Source of the DNA: Gammaproteobacteria bacterium
Lineage (GTDB): Bacteria; Pseudomonadota; Gammaproteobacteria; SZUA-152
Direction: 5' to 3'
DNA: 47,640 nt
Assembly: GCA_022340845.1 (NCBI GenBank)
Contig: JAJDNG010000136.1
Span: 1-47,640, forward strand
The notes beneath the pieces are model-generated. The model made no database searches, had not been told where the DNA came from, and saw only the letters and a program-made list of their open reading frames with translations. Positions within the stretch are counted from its first letter, which is position 1; each line of letters opens with the position of its first letter. A program made the position numbers and the translations under genes. Of the stretch, positions 17,662 through 28,196 are shown piece by piece.

Positions 17662-17689
17662 TCGTATCATCTTTGTTCTAAGCTCCTGG

Positions 17690-17730
17690 CGGCCGGATTA
17701 AAGCTTTCGCTTAATCCGGCCGTTTTATTT
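17690..17730 (+). terminator. Rho-independent terminator after ctpA
   Basis: CGGCCGGATTAA(A)GC - TTTC - GCTTAATCCGGCCG, about 14 bp with one bulge, followed by TTTTATTT. Confidence 0.8.
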
Positions 17731-17799
17731 CCGGGGTGCTGTTTTTATGCACCAACCATCGGCAATCGCTTTAGATACCGTCCGGACTGGGAGTCATAT

Positions 17800-18663
17800 A
17801 TGCACAAGGACCGCTACCATCTCCACCGACCGCTATATCATCAATCGCTTTTTAAATGGAGACTCAACTTTTGTGGCTTCTTTGGGCTAGCCGCGTGGCT
17901 GCTATTGATGGGCAGCACACCCGTGTATGCCGCCCACCCATCTCCAGCCGGAGGGGATATTCCGGCCATTGCCATCATTATCGACGACTTGGGCAATGGC
18001 TATGAGCGGGACAAGCGCGCCGTGCTATTGCCCGGCAACCTCTCCTACGCGTTCCTACCGCATACCCCGTACACCGCCGAACTGGCTGAATTAGCCTATC
18101 GTTTGCACAAAGACATATTATTGCATCTACCCATGCAGGCCACTGCCGCTGAATCTTTGGGACCGGGGGCACTGACACTGGACATGTCCGCCCGGCAACT
18201 GCGGCAAACCTTTCTTGCCAGCCTGGCGTCAGTACCTCACGCCATCGGCGTCAACAACCACATGGGCAGTCTGTTAACCCAACACCCAGGCCATATGCAA
18301 TGGTTGATGCAAGCCATTGCGGAGTCAGGTGATTTGTTTTTTGTGGACAGTTTTACCGCCCCTAAAAGCGTGGCCTATAAAATCGCGACCGAAAACCGGA
18401 TACCCAATGTTAAACGCAATGTCTTCCTGGATTCGGATCGCTCATCTACCGCTATCAGGCAGCAATTTTACCGCCTGCTGGCGGTCGCCCGTAAAAACGG
18501 TATTGCATTAGCCATCGGCCATCCTTATCCTGAAACCCTGGCGGTATTGGAAACGCTGCTTCCCACATTGGCGGAGCGTGGTGTCCGGCTGGTGCCGGTA
18601 TCTCAATTAATTTATCTGGAGAACCAAAGGATTCGAACATGGCGAGCGTCCTTGTCCCATTAG
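17800..18663 (+). CDS. yibQ: Divergent polysaccharide deacetylase family protein (YibQ-like)
   Basis: 287 aa. Signal peptide, IAIIIDDLG, AFLPHTPY, NNHMGS motifs. GGGAG lies 7 nt upstream of the ATG. Synteny gpmI-envC-(ctpA)-yibQ supports the call. Confidence 0.75.
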   Translation: MHKDRYHLHRPLYHQSLFKWRLNFCGFFGLAAWLLLMGSTPVYAAHPSPAGGDIPAIAIIIDDLGNGYERDKRAVLLPGNLSYAFLPHTPYTAELAELAYRLHKDILLHLPMQATAAESLGPGALTLDMSARQLRQTFLASLASVPHAIGVNNHMGSLLTQHPGHMQWLMQAIAESGDLFFVDSFTAPKSVAYKIATENRIPNVKRNVFLDSDRSSTAIRQQFYRLLAVARKNGIALAIGHPYPETLAVLETLLPTLAERGVRLVPVSQLIYLENQRIRTWRASLSH

Positions 18664-19190
18664 CCCAGGGTTGCGAAGAGCTTGAGGCAGTAACCATTAT
18701 CGACCTTCTACGCCGGGCCGGCATAGAGGTCATTTCCGCCTCCTTAAGCGAGGGCCCGGTGACTGCCAGCCGTGGAACCGTGTTAGTGGCGGATTCCACC
18801 TTACATGAAGCGCTTCATCGTGAGTACGATATGGTGGTGCTGCCAGGCGGCCTGCCCGGAGCGGATCATCTAGACCGCGATGAGCGCATACAGCATTTGC
18901 TACAGTCCATGGCGAAAGCCAATAAATTCACTGCTGCGATTTGTGCGGCCCCCAAGGTTTTGGCGACAGCGGGTTTGCTGGAAGGCAAACGAGCCACCGG
19001 CTTTCCTGGCGTGTTGGAAAAACTGCAGTTGCCCGCGACTCAATTGGAGACTTCCGCCGTGGTGAGAGACGGCAAAATCATTACTTCGCGAGGACCGGGA
19101 ACGGCAATGGATTTTGCACTGGAGCTCATCGAGGTATTGGCGGGTAAAGCCCGGCGGGACGAAGTGGAATCCGCCTTACAGCGCCCTTAA
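18639..19190 (+). CDS. yajL: DJ-1/PfpI family protein (YajL-like)
   Basis: 183 aa. VLVPLAQGCEELEAVTIIDLLRRAGIEV, nucleophile-elbow Cys in FTAAICAAPKVL. Overlaps the yibQ end by 25 nt. AAGGA lies 8 nt upstream of the ATG. Confidence 0.8.
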   Translation: MASVLVPLAQGCEELEAVTIIDLLRRAGIEVISASLSEGPVTASRGTVLVADSTLHEALHREYDMVVLPGGLPGADHLDRDERIQHLLQSMAKANKFTAAICAAPKVLATAGLLEGKRATGFPGVLEKLQLPATQLETSAVVRDGKIITSRGPGTAMDFALELIEVLAGKARRDEVESALQRP

Positions 19191-19266
19191 CAAACTCATG
19201 CGGCGTCCCCACAAGGCGCGCCGCACCGCATGGAAATTGACGCAGTAAGGCACATTAAACCAATCG

Positions 19267-20739
19267 TCATGCAGCGGACTCCGTGAGTTCCTCGGCGGCA
19301 TTTTCCGTTTCAATGGCAGCGGGAATGCGCACCGTAAAAGTGGTCCCTGTACCTACAGTACTACTAACAGCAATAGTCCCGCCCATCATTTCGCAAAATT
19401 GCTTACTGATCGCCAAACCCAGCCCGGTGCCACCGTATTTACGTGTTGTGGAGCCGTCCGCCTGAACAAACGGTTTAAACAGGTTATTCATTTGACCTTG
19501 ACTCATACCGATACCGGTATCGCTAATATTTATGGTCAACCAACCGTGTTGCGACTCAATACTAATGATAATCGTGCCATTTTCAGTGAACTTTGACGCG
19601 TTACTTAACAAATTAAACAGGATTTGGCGCAACTTAACCACATCCGTTTTGATTTTCTCGCGTGGATTGCCACATTCCATCTTGAGAATATTATTTCGCT
19701 CTACAATGAGTGGATTTAAAACTGAAACCACCTCATCCAGCAATTTGCCGATGGACACGTTTTCCACAAACAATCCCATTTGCCCTGCTTCAATTTTGGA
19801 CAAATCCAGTATTTCGCTGATGAGATTCAATAAATGGCGCGCTGCCGTTCGAATTTTTGACAAGTCCTTGGCAGCCGCATGATTACCCTCAGTATCGCAG
19901 TCTTCCGCCAGCAGCTCACTATAACCAATAATCGCGTTCAGCGGGGTGCGCAGCTCATGGCTCATGTTAGCCAAAAACCGGCTTTTGGCTTTGTTGGCGT
20001 CTTTCTCGCTGTCCCTGGCCACCACCAGTTCGATGTTATTTTGAATCGTGCGCTCCAGGTAACGCAAGGTAAAAAACAGCACAAACCCCATCACAACAAA
20101 CACACAGGACAACACCAGAGCAAATTTATATTGACTCACGTGGATTTGATCATAGACATCCGTGATATCCGTATAGATCTCGATGACGGCTTCTATGTTT
20201 TGGTTGCTGGTATTGCGCAGCGGCATATAGCTGGATAATACGTAGCGGTTACGCAATGTTACACCGCTAAAAGATGGGAATTGTTTATGAAACCGAATAT
20301 GCGCAGTCACTTCACCGCGGCGGGCGTTGGCTATTCCGCCATAGTTTTCATCATGCCGAACTCCCGCCTGATGCGATTCGGTGGAAAATAGCGTCAAGCC
20401 ATCCAAGTCGAACAATTTGACTTTTAAAACATTGGTCCCTGTGACCAGTTCGGCCAGCGGCTCATCCATCATCAGAGCAATCATATCCATAACCATATTA
20501 TTTTGCAGATCGATCGGCGTGTGTTCCGGAGTGCTCTCGGCATTCAAGGAAGCTACCAGGCCGTGTATTTGCGGCCAGAGCACATTCGCCATGGCTCGGG
20601 ATAAGATGATATTGCTTTTTTCGGAGACTTTCTGAATATCGTTGAATGCCACGATCCGGAACATCCAGGTCAACAACACAATAATCACAATGGTTAATGG
20701 CAATCCAACGAGAAAAAGATATTTGGTCAGTCGAAACAT
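19267..20739 (-). CDS. Membrane sensor histidine kinase (two TM segments flanking a periplasmic domain; HisKA + HATPase_c), no adjacent response regulator
   Basis: The ORF opens at TTG 20775; the ATG at 20739 gives MFRLTKYLFLVGLPLTIVIIVLL. H-box FLANMSHELRTPLNAIIGYSELL, N-box LLSNASKFT, G-boxes DTGIGM and GGTGLGLAISK. Confidence 0.85.
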   Translation of the reverse strand: MFRLTKYLFLVGLPLTIVIIVLLTWMFRIVAFNDIQKVSEKSNIILSRAMANVLWPQIHGLVASLNAESTPEHTPIDLQNNMVMDMIALMMDEPLAELVTGTNVLKVKLFDLDGLTLFSTESHQAGVRHDENYGGIANARRGEVTAHIRFHKQFPSFSGVTLRNRYVLSSYMPLRNTSNQNIEAVIEIYTDITDVYDQIHVSQYKFALVLSCVFVVMGFVLFFTLRYLERTIQNNIELVVARDSEKDANKAKSRFLANMSHELRTPLNAIIGYSELLAEDCDTEGNHAAAKDLSKIRTAARHLLNLISEILDLSKIEAGQMGLFVENVSIGKLLDEVVSVLNPLIVERNNILKMECGNPREKIKTDVVKLRQILFNLLSNASKFTENGTIIISIESQHGWLTINISDTGIGMSQGQMNNLFKPFVQADGSTTRKYGGTGLGLAISKQFCEMMGGTIAVSSTVGTGTTFTVRIPAAIETENAAEELTESAA

Positions 20740-20939
20740 TGTTTTTTGTATTGTTGGTGGTGGTACTGCGGCCAAACCTTATGCCAGCACATACTGCATT
20801 TTTCCGCGCTAATAGGTTGTTCTATAGTCAACGGCTGAACGCGCAATATCTTTAGCGGCATCGACCAGGTTGTCGGTAGCAACTTTTATTATTTCAAAGA
20901 GTTGTATAAATTCCTGACAGTATGCAGGGAATTGGAAGG

Positions 20940-22598
20940 TTAGTCTTTATGGGAAGGCCAGGCAAAAACCAATATCAAAGCGCCAAGCCCCCCCAGCATC
21001 CAGGTCAACACTGGAGCGTTGGCCCATTTGACGGGGGCGTAATCGGCCAGGCCTTGGAGCAACAACACCGCGCAGATGATCATAACCGAACCAATGACCA
21101 CTTTGACGGTGCGTTGATTGGCGCGGCGAATTTCCCGGCGTATTTGCTCGAAGCTTTCCGCGGATTGCGCCACCGGCTGGCCGGGCTGATGGCGTTTTAA
21201 GGCGTCGTACAACATCTGGGGCATTTCGGGGAATTTTTCCGTCCAAAACGTGGAATTATCTTTCAGGCTTTTAACGAGCGAACGCACCCCCAGCTGTTCG
21301 CTCATCCAGCGTTCCAGAAACGGCTTTGCCGTTTGCCATAAATCCAGTTCGGGATACAATTGGCGCCCCAGCCCTTCGATGTTAAGCAGGGTTTTTTGCA
21401 ACAACACCAGCTGCGGCTGAACCTGCATGTTAAAGCGGCGCGCGGTCTGGAACAGCCGCAACAGCAGGTGACCAAACGAGATATCTTGCAGCGGCCGGTC
21501 GAATATGGGTTCGCAGACCGTGCGTATGGCGGATTCAAACTCATCGATGCGCGTGCCGGCCGGCACCCACCCGGATTCCACGTGCAACTCGGCCACTTTA
21601 CGGTAATCGCGATGAAAAAAAGCCAGAAAATTGCCGGCCAAATAACGCTGATCCTCCGGGCTTAAAGTACCCATGATGCCGAAGTCCACGGCGATATACT
21701 GGCCCTCGGGGGAGACAAAAATGTTGCCCGGGTGCATGTCGGCATGAAAGAAATTGTGCCCGAACACCTGGGTGAAAAATATTTCCACCCCGTTTTCCGC
21801 CAACTGCTTCAAATCCACACCCATCTTGTTCAAGCGCTTAATATCGCTGACCGGCGTGCCGGAGATGCGCTCCATGACCATGACATTAGGGCGTGTCAGC
21901 GGCCAATGCACTTCGGGCACATACAACAAGGCAGAATCCTCGAAATTACGCCTTAGCTGCGACGCCGAAGCCGCTTCGCGCATCAAGTCCAATTCGTCAA
22001 TAATGGTTTTTTCATACTCCGCCACCACTTCCAGCGGCCGCAGGCGTTTGGCCTCTTGCCAATAGCGTTCGGCCAGTTCGGCGATGGTATACAGCAACTC
22101 CAGATCACTGCGGATGGTGGATTCGATGCCGGGGCGCACGATTTTCACCACAACTTTTTCACCGCTTAATAATTGTGCCGCGTGTACCTGGGCAATGGAA
22201 GCCGAGGCCAATGGCTCGGCATCAAAAGCGGCAAATAATTCGTTGAGAGGCTTTTTATAGGCTTTTTCCACAATCTGCCTTGCCTGCTCGCTGGGAAAGC
22301 TGGGCACGTTGTCCTGTAAACGCGCCAGCTCCAAAGCAATGTCATCCGGCAGCAAATCTCGGCGGGTGGAAAGCAACTGACCAAACTTGATAAAGATAGG
22401 TCCTAAATCCTCCAACACACGGCGAATGCGCACCGCCCGCGGTACATCTTTTTCGCGAAACCAGCGCCAGGGCGACAAATAAGCAAGGAAACCCACGGGG
22501 CGAAACAAATGGGTGGCCAGCACGACTTCGTCCAGGCCGTGGCGCATCAACACCCAATTAATGTAGGTGAGTCGCAGGAGTTGCTTTACGGCCTTCAA
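20940..22598 (-). CDS. ubiB: Ubiquinone biosynthesis protein kinase-like UbiB (ABC1/ADCK family)
   Basis: 552 aa. [45 protein letters not shown]-terminal TM segments. The TTG start overlaps the ubiJ stop (TTGA). Confidence 0.9.
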   Translation of the reverse strand: MKAVKQLLRLTYINWVLMRHGLDEVVLATHLFRPVGFLAYLSPWRWFREKDVPRAVRIRRVLEDLGPIFIKFGQLLSTRRDLLPDDIALELARLQDNVPSFPSEQARQIVEKAYKKPLNELFAAFDAEPLASASIAQVHAAQLLSGEKVVVKIVRPGIESTIRSDLELLYTIAELAERYWQEAKRLRPLEVVAEYEKTIIDELDLMREAASASQLRRNFEDSALLYVPEVHWPLTRPNVMVMERISGTPVSDIKRLNKMGVDLKQLAENGVEIFFTQVFGHNFFHADMHPGNIFVSPEGQYIAVDFGIMGTLSPEDQRYLAGNFLAFFHRDYRKVAELHVESGWVPAGTRIDEFESAIRTVCEPIFDRPLQDISFGHLLLRLFQTARRFNMQVQPQLVLLQKTLLNIEGLGRQLYPELDLWQTAKPFLERWMSEQLGVRSLVKSLKDNSTFWTEKFPEMPQMLYDALKRHQPGQPVAQSAESFEQIRREIRRANQRTVKVVIGSVMIICAVLLLQGLADYAPVKWANAPVLTWMLGGLGALILVFAWPSHKD

Positions 22599-23245
22599 GG
22601 CTTCGCCGCCTTTAGCGCAGCCGGCACAGCGGATGCCAAGCGTTGCACGCGCGCCGCTAGCCGCTCCACGTCATCGCGCAAGGTATCCACTTCCCGTTCA
22701 AACGCGTCTACTTCGAACCGGGCGGGCAAGGCGTCGGATTCGAATTTTAAATATTCCGCCAGGTTGTCCTGCATCGAGGCAACGGTGTGCGCACCCCACT
22801 GCATAACACTACGTACTGTGTTACCCATTTTATGAGCCGCCACATCACCGACAAGATACGACAGCCGCTCTTCCCAATCGAAGTCCATGGCGCGCAGAAT
22901 ATCTTGGAACTCCTGACCTAACTCCACATCTCCCTGGATATGAACCGAGCCTTTAAACAAACTTTCGCCGGGCCTTGCGGACACTCCCATGGACAACAAT
23001 TCAATGGACGACCCCCGCAAGCGGGTATCCACCCTACCGTCGTAGTAACTGAAAACCTGCAATTCGTCCTCGGTGGGAATGAAATACAACTTAACGGGCA
23101 CATCACTGAGTTCGATGGCCAATACCTTGCCGGCGAGCTTTTGGAAACGGGATTTTGCGGTTTGGTCCAACTCCAGAACGCGGTTAACCGCCGTTTGCAG
23201 TGCCGCGGTTAATCCGGTGAACAACAGATTCATGTTCGGCCTCAT
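22595..23245 (-). CDS. ubiJ: Ubiquinone biosynthesis accessory factor UbiJ (SCP2 domain)
   Basis: 216 aa. Sits between ubiE and ubiB as in E. coli yigP. N-terminal SCP2-like region followed by a C-terminal amphipathic helix. An alternative ATG is at 23233. Confidence 0.7.
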   Translation of the reverse strand: MRPNMNLLFTGLTAALQTAVNRVLELDQTAKSRFQKLAGKVLAIELSDVPVKLYFIPTEDELQVFSYYDGRVDTRLRGSSIELLSMGVSARPGESLFKGSVHIQGDVELGQEFQDILRAMDFDWEERLSYLVGDVAAHKMGNTVRSVMQWGAHTVASMQDNLAEYLKFESDALPARFEVDAFEREVDTLRDDVERLAARVQRLASAVPAALKAAKP

Positions 23246-23370
23246 CTTATTTTAATCATCAACCACGAGGCTCACGAAGAAAGCAAATATTAAAGACAAA
23301 AAACGTATTCAAATCGTCGTGTGCTTTGTAGTTGTAGTGCAATAAAAAATTTTCTTCCCCTGCCAGCGCT

Positions 23371-23841
23371 CTAACGTATTTCGTTGATCAACTGTAGCAA
23401 TGATTTTTGCGACTCGTCATCGGTTCGCAAATGGGCATTGTATAACACGACCGTGTTGGCGATTTTGTCATGAAAACCCTGTTTGCGCGGGTCCCAAGCG
23501 ATCCATAAAAACCCCAAGCCTAATGTCAGCGCCGACACATAATAGCCCAAATAACGCAATGCGGCCTGGGGGATGCTCACAGGCTGAGCGCTGTCCGCGT
23601 CCACCACTTGACAGCCCATCAGCAATTTTCCGGGCGTGCCGAACCACTTGACCCAAAATCCGACGGTGATAATCAGACTGAGGAGGTTTTCAACAACGCC
23701 TTCCAAGGACCAAAAGCTGGCATTGACATATTGCGGACCCAGCACAATGAAAAACACAATCAGTAAAAATCCAGTATCCACCAGCGCCGCCGCCAGCCGC
23801 CGCCAAAACCCCGCATATTGGAGTTCCGCGTCCGAAATCAC
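23371..23841 (-). CDS. RDD-family integral membrane protein
   Basis: 156 aa. [21 protein letters not shown] (RDD signature start), three hydrophobic segments, ...[17 protein letters not shown]. The GTG start overlaps the ubiE stop (GTGA). Confidence 0.7.
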   Translation of the reverse strand: MISDAELQYAGFWRRLAAALVDTGFLLIVFFIVLGPQYVNASFWSLEGVVENLLSLIITVGFWVKWFGTPGKLLMGCQVVDADSAQPVSIPQAALRYLGYYVSALTLGLGFLWIAWDPRKQGFHDKIANTVVLYNAHLRTDDESQKSLLQLINEIR

Positions 23842-24608
23842 AATTTAAACCCTCGATGCAAGGCCACAATGCCACCGGTCAAATTGTGATAGTCACAGCG
23901 TTCGAAGCCGGCTTGTTCCATCATGGTTTTTAAGGTTTGTTGATCGGGGTGCATACGGATGGATTCGGCAAGGTAGTTGTAGCTGCTCGCATCGTTGGCA
24001 ACCAGCTTACCCATGATCGGCAGCACATTAAACGAATAGGCGTCGTAAACCGGGCCTAGGCCCGGCAATACCGGTTTGGAAAACTCCAGCACCAGCAATC
24101 GTCCGCCCGGCTTAAGCACGCGAAACATGGAAGCCAGCGCTTTGTCGATGTGTGTAACGTTGCGCAGGCCAAATGCAATGCTGATGCAATCGAAATGGTT
24201 TTCCGCAAACGGCAGGCATTCGGCATTGGCTTGCACATATTCCACGTTACCCACTACGCCAGTATCCACCAGGCGGGCGCGCCCTTGCTGCAACATGGAA
24301 GAGTTAATATCCGCCAGGACGATCTCACCGCGCTCGCCCACCAAACGGGCAAACTTAGCAGCCAGATCGCCAGTACCTCCGGCAATATCCAACACCCGCT
24401 GCCCGCTGCGCACGCCACTCATTTCAATCGCAAATCGCTTCCATAAACGATGCACGCCAAATGACATTAAATCGTTCATGACATCGTATTTGTCCGCCAC
24501 CGAGTGGAACACGCCGGCTACTTTGCCGGCTTTTTCCGTGACTGGGACTTTTTGATAACCGAAATGGGTTTGGTCTTGTTTGGCGGATGTGCCGGGTTTA
24601 TCGCTCAT
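23838..24608 (-). CDS. ubiE: Demethylmenaquinone/ubiquinone C-methyltransferase UbiE
   Basis: The ATG at 24608 gives [23 protein letters not shown]...[26 protein letters not shown], collinear with E. coli UbiE. SAM motif [10 protein letters not shown]. The ORF-track start at 24620 is GTG. Confidence 0.9.
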   Translation of the reverse strand: MSDKPGTSAKQDQTHFGYQKVPVTEKAGKVAGVFHSVADKYDVMNDLMSFGVHRLWKRFAIEMSGVRSGQRVLDIAGGTGDLAAKFARLVGERGEIVLADINSSMLQQGRARLVDTGVVGNVEYVQANAECLPFAENHFDCISIAFGLRNVTHIDKALASMFRVLKPGGRLLVLEFSKPVLPGLGPVYDAYSFNVLPIMGKLVANDASSYNYLAESIRMHPDQQTLKTMMEQAGFERCDYHNLTGGIVALHRGFKL

Positions 24609-24637
24609 ATTGGTTTGCACCTCTTTTTAACTAAGCA

Positions 24638-24728
24638 TCAAGACGCCGGGGACGCCAAGGTTTTCTAGCTTTTTGGCTTGAATCCTCTTGGCATCCAGCG
24701 CGTCCCCGGCATCTTGACGGTTTTTTTT
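24638..24728. repeat. Long REP-like hairpin (18-bp stem, 1 mismatch) followed by T8 on the plus strand, in the DUF971-ubiE spacer
   Basis: TCAAGACGCCGGGGACGC (24638-24655), then a 43-nt loop, then GCGTCCCCGGCATCTTGA (24699-24716), then ACGG + TTTTTTTT (24721-24728). Confidence 0.75.
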
Positions 24729-24732
24729 ATTC

Positions 24733-25095
24733 TCAGGATTTGCGTTTATGGCCGGCTTGTTCGAGTTTGCTTAAATAATCCTGCCACAAGGCCTCTTGAT
24801 CGGCGCCCAATTGGTACAACGTGTCCCAGGAATATATTCCCGTATTATGGCCATCGTCGAATTCCAGCTTGATGGCGTAGTTGCCCACCGGCTCTATGTT
24901 GGTGATATTGACCTCTTCTTTGCCCACTTGCAATACTTCCTGGCCCGGTCCGTGGCCCCTGACTTCCGCCGATGGTGAATATACACGCAGGTATTCGCAC
25001 GGCAGTTTGTAAGTATTGCCGTCATCGAATGAGATTTCCAATATTTTGGATTTTTGATGCAGGTTTATATCGATAGGTCGGGGGGATGTTGGCAC
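24733..25095 (-). CDS. DUF971 family protein (gamma-butyrobetaine hydroxylase-like N-terminal domain)
   Basis: 120 aa. ...LEISFDDGNTYKLPCEYLRVYSPSAEV...PVGNYAIKLEFDDGHNTGIYSWDTLYQL. Its position downstream of hslU is common in gammaproteobacteria. Confidence 0.75.
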   Translation of the reverse strand: MPTSPRPIDINLHQKSKILEISFDDGNTYKLPCEYLRVYSPSAEVRGHGPGQEVLQVGKEEVNITNIEPVGNYAIKLEFDDGHNTGIYSWDTLYQLGADQEALWQDYLSKLEQAGHKRKS

Positions 25096-25191
25096 TGCCG
25101 TTTCCTCTTTTGATCACTTAATAAGTCAATCTTCAAGACACCTGGTATTTTGTACGACTTTTGTTGCCTGGCGTCTTGGGAATTGTTCGTA

Positions 25192-26529
25192 TTATAAAAT
25201 GTAACGGCTCAAGTCTTCATCCAGGGCCAGGTCCGACAATTGCTGGTTGACATACTCAGCGGTAACTTCAATGGTGTCACCGCCATTGTCGGAGGCGGAA
25301 AACGAAATGTCTTCCAACAATCTCTCCATGACCGTATGCAAGCGGCGGGCGCCGATGTTTTCGGTACGTTCATTGACTTGCCAGGCCACTTCGGCGAGCC
25401 GGGCGATGCCTTCGGCGGTGTATTTGAGCGTCACCTGTTCGGTAGCCAGTAAGGCGGAATATTGTTCGGTCAACGAGGCGTCGGGCTCAGTGAGGATGCG
25501 CACGAAATCCTCCACGGTCAGGGCATTGAGTTCCACGCGGATGGGAAACCGGCCTTGCAACTCCGGGATTAAATCGGATGGTTTGGAAAGATGAAATGCC
25601 CCTGAAGCGATGAATAAAATATGGTCGGTTTTAACCATGCCGTGTTTGGTGGATACCGTGGAACCCTCCACCAGCGGCAACAAATCCCGTTGCACCCCTT
25701 CGCGGGACACATCCGGTCCGTGGGTATCGCTGCGACGGCAGATTTTGTCCATTTCATCGAGAAATACAATGCCGTTTTGCTCCACATTGGCCACGGAACG
25801 CAATTTGATGTCTTCTTCGTTGAGCATTTTGGCCGCTTCTTCGTCCGTCAGCAGCTTGAAGGCGTCTTTAATGCGCAACTTGCGGGTTTTGGTGCGCCCG
25901 CCGCCGAGGTTTTGAAACATGCCTTGCAGTTGGCTGGTCATCTCTTCCATACCCGGCGGGGCCATGATTTCCACACCGATAGGACTGGCGGTCAATTCCA
26001 CTTCGATTTCCTTGTCATCCAGATCCCCTTCGCGCAATTTTTTGCGGAATTTTTGTCGCGTGGTGGATTGGGTTTCGTCCCCGGGTTCGTCGGACAGGAA
26101 GCCCACGCTGCGGGCCGGCGGCAATAATATATCCAAAATGCGCTCTTCGGCGGATTCTTCGGCGTGGTTGCGCACTTTGGCCATTTCTTCTTCACGGGTC
26201 ATTTTGATGGAAATATCCACCAAGTCACGAATGATGGATTCCACATCCCGTCCTACATAACCCACTTCGGTGAATTTGGTGGCTTCCACTTTCACAAACG
26301 GGGCATTGGCCAGTTTGGCCAGGCGCCGCGCAATTTCCGTTTTGCCCACGCCGGTAGGCCCGATCATGAGGATGTTTTTGGGGGTGATTTCACTTTTCAG
26401 TTCGTCACTGACCTGGCTGCGGCGCCAGCGGTTGCGCAACGCTATGGCCACGGCACGCTTGGCTTCGGACTGGCCGATGATGTGTTTATCCAGTTCTTGT
26501 ACGATTTCTCGAGGGGTCATTTGGGACAT
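25192..26529 (-). CDS. hslU: ATP-dependent protease ATPase subunit HslU
   Basis: 445 aa. [17 protein letters not shown], Walker [28 protein letters not shown]-terminal ...DEDLSRYIL. Confidence 0.95.
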   Translation of the reverse strand: MSQMTPREIVQELDKHIIGQSEAKRAVAIALRNRWRRSQVSDELKSEITPKNILMIGPTGVGKTEIARRLAKLANAPFVKVEATKFTEVGYVGRDVESIIRDLVDISIKMTREEEMAKVRNHAEESAEERILDILLPPARSVGFLSDEPGDETQSTTRQKFRKKLREGDLDDKEIEVELTASPIGVEIMAPPGMEEMTSQLQGMFQNLGGGRTKTRKLRIKDAFKLLTDEEAAKMLNEEDIKLRSVANVEQNGIVFLDEMDKICRRSDTHGPDVSREGVQRDLLPLVEGSTVSTKHGMVKTDHILFIASGAFHLSKPSDLIPELQGRFPIRVELNALTVEDFVRILTEPDASLTEQYSALLATEQVTLKYTAEGIARLAEVAWQVNERTENIGARRLHTVMERLLEDISFSASDNGGDTIEVTAEYVNQQLSDLALDEDLSRYIL

Positions 26530-26575
26530 AATCTATTCTCAAAAACTACGCTATTAGGTGGCGGTTAGGCGGTTG

Positions 26576-27118
26576 TTAAATACTCAGCTCTTCAATGGTG
26601 AGTTGATCATTAGTAAATACACAAATATTGGCAGCAATATGCAAGGATTTTTCCACGATGGTGCGGGCATCCAAATCGGTATTTTCCAACAGTGCTGTAG
26701 CAGCGGCCTGAGCGAACGGTCCGCCGGAACCCATGGCGATCAAACTGTGTTCCGGTTCGATGACGTCGCCGTTGCCGGAAATTATCAGTGAGGAGGTGGC
26801 ATCTGCGACGGCCAATAAGGCTTCCAAGCGCCGCAACATGCGATCGGTACGCCAGTCTTTGGCCAGTTCTACGGCCGAACGCGTCAAATTGCCCTGATGC
26901 TTTTCCAGTTTGCCTTCAAATCGTTCAAACAAAGTAAACGCGTCGGCCGTGCCGCCGGCAAATCCAGCCAACACTTTTTCGTGATACAGCCGCCGCACTT
27001 TGCGGGCATTGCCTTTCATGATGGTATTGCCCAGGGAGACTTGACCGTCCCCGCCAATGACCACTTTACCATTGCGGCGCACGCTGACAATGGTCGTGCC
27101 GTGAAACGTAGGATCCAA
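26576..27118 (-). CDS. hslV: ATP-dependent protease peptidase subunit HslV
   Basis: [38 protein letters not shown]... is nearly collinear with E. coli/Pseudomonas HslV. No ATG directly precedes the catalytic Thr. I place the start at TTG 27118 (AGGAA 6 nt upstream), giving [11 protein letters not shown]; the ORF-track ATG is at 27199. Confidence 0.85.
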   Translation of the reverse strand: MDPTFHGTTIVSVRRNGKVVIGGDGQVSLGNTIMKGNARKVRRLYHEKVLAGFAGGTADAFTLFERFEGKLEKHQGNLTRSAVELAKDWRTDRMLRRLEALLAVADATSSLIISGNGDVIEPEHSLIAMGSGGPFAQAAATALLENTDLDARTIVEKSLHIAANICVFTNDQLTIEELSI

Positions 27119-27213
27119 GATGATTTCCTTTTTAGTTTGTCTTCTTAGAGTGTACAACAATCCCGGCGTTATCGCGGGAGAGGCTGAGGCCGAATTCAAT
27201 AAATGTGTTGGAA

Positions 27214-28155
27214 TCAGGCGTTTTTCAATGGCTTGTGCTTGGATTTGAGCGTGGATTTCTGCGCTGCCTTGGCCCTTGGGTGGGCTGCATCATATACCTT
27301 GGCCAGGTGTTGAAAATCAATGTGGGTGTAGATTTGGGTGGTGGAGATGTCGGCATGGCCCAGCAACTCCTGCACGGCACGCAAATCCCCGCTGGATTCC
27401 AATAAATGGCTGGCGAAAGAATGGCGCAAGCGGTGGGGGTGTACCGGGGTATCGACGCCTTGCATTATGCCCCAATGTTTCATGCGTTGCTGTACCGCGC
27501 GCACCGAGATCCGCGTACCGCGCTTGCTGACAAATAATGCGGTTTCACTGCTATTGGCCAGTGTTACCCGCGCTTTTAACCATTGCTTGAGACTTTCGCG
27601 GGCAAATCGGCCGATGGGTACAATGCGCGTTTTTGCGCCCTTGCCGGATACCGGTACGCTGTCATCGGCCGGATCAATACTGTCGATATTCAGAGAAACC
27701 AGCTCCGCCAGGCGCAGTCCCGCCGAATACATCAATTCCATCATGGCCCAGTCGCGCACCGCCGTGGGGGTGTCGTGGTTGAGGTTCAGCAATTGGCTCA
27801 TTTCGTCCACGTCCAGCGGGGTGGGCAATTTGCGGCCGGTTTTCGGAGCGCTAATCCCAATGACCGGGTTATGTTTCACTTGCGCCTCGCGGCACAGGAA
27901 ATGAAAAAAACTGCGTATGGCCGATAACTCCCGTTGCAGGCTGCGCCCACCCAGGCCTTTGCGATGGCGGGTAGCGATGTAGGAACGCATGAGATGATTG
28001 TCCACTTCTGTCCAGTGTTTGATGTCGTGCTGCAAACAATAGTCGATGAATTGCCGTAAATCGCGCTGATAATTGCTGATGGTGTGGGGAGAGTAGCGTT
28101 TTTCGCTGGTCAGGTACTGATAGAAAGCGTCCGCTTGTGTGTGCAATGACGGCAA
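27214..28155 (-). CDS. xerC: Tyrosine recombinase XerC (chromosome dimer resolution)
   Basis: 313 aa, TTG start. ...[20 protein letters not shown]..., catalytic R...HxxR...Y ([38 protein letters not shown]). Classic dapF-DUF484-xerC context. Confidence 0.85.
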   Translation of the reverse strand: MPSLHTQADAFYQYLTSEKRYSPHTISNYQRDLRQFIDYCLQHDIKHWTEVDNHLMRSYIATRHRKGLGGRSLQRELSAIRSFFHFLCREAQVKHNPVIGISAPKTGRKLPTPLDVDEMSQLLNLNHDTPTAVRDWAMMELMYSAGLRLAELVSLNIDSIDPADDSVPVSGKGAKTRIVPIGRFARESLKQWLKARVTLANSSETALFVSKRGTRISVRAVQQRMKHWGIMQGVDTPVHPHRLRHSFASHLLESSGDLRAVQELLGHADISTTQIYTHIDFQHLAKVYDAAHPRAKAAQKSTLKSKHKPLKNA

Positions 28156-28196
28156 GTGCGAGTGCTTTTTGTGGTTCGTCTTAATTGGCTAGCGAC

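Noticed and set aside
19191-19266. GC-rich partial palindrome (CATGCGGCG...CACCGCATG) between the convergent yajL and the sensor kinase, as a terminator
   Set aside because: The pairing is imperfect and there is no U-run in either orientation, so the evidence is not strong enough to call.
27214-28155. Tyrosine recombinase as a marker of an integrated mobile element
   Set aside because: It sits in the canonical dapF-DUF484-xerC chromosomal context with an XerC-like N-terminus. There is no flanking tRNA, direct repeats, phage genes or compositional break.
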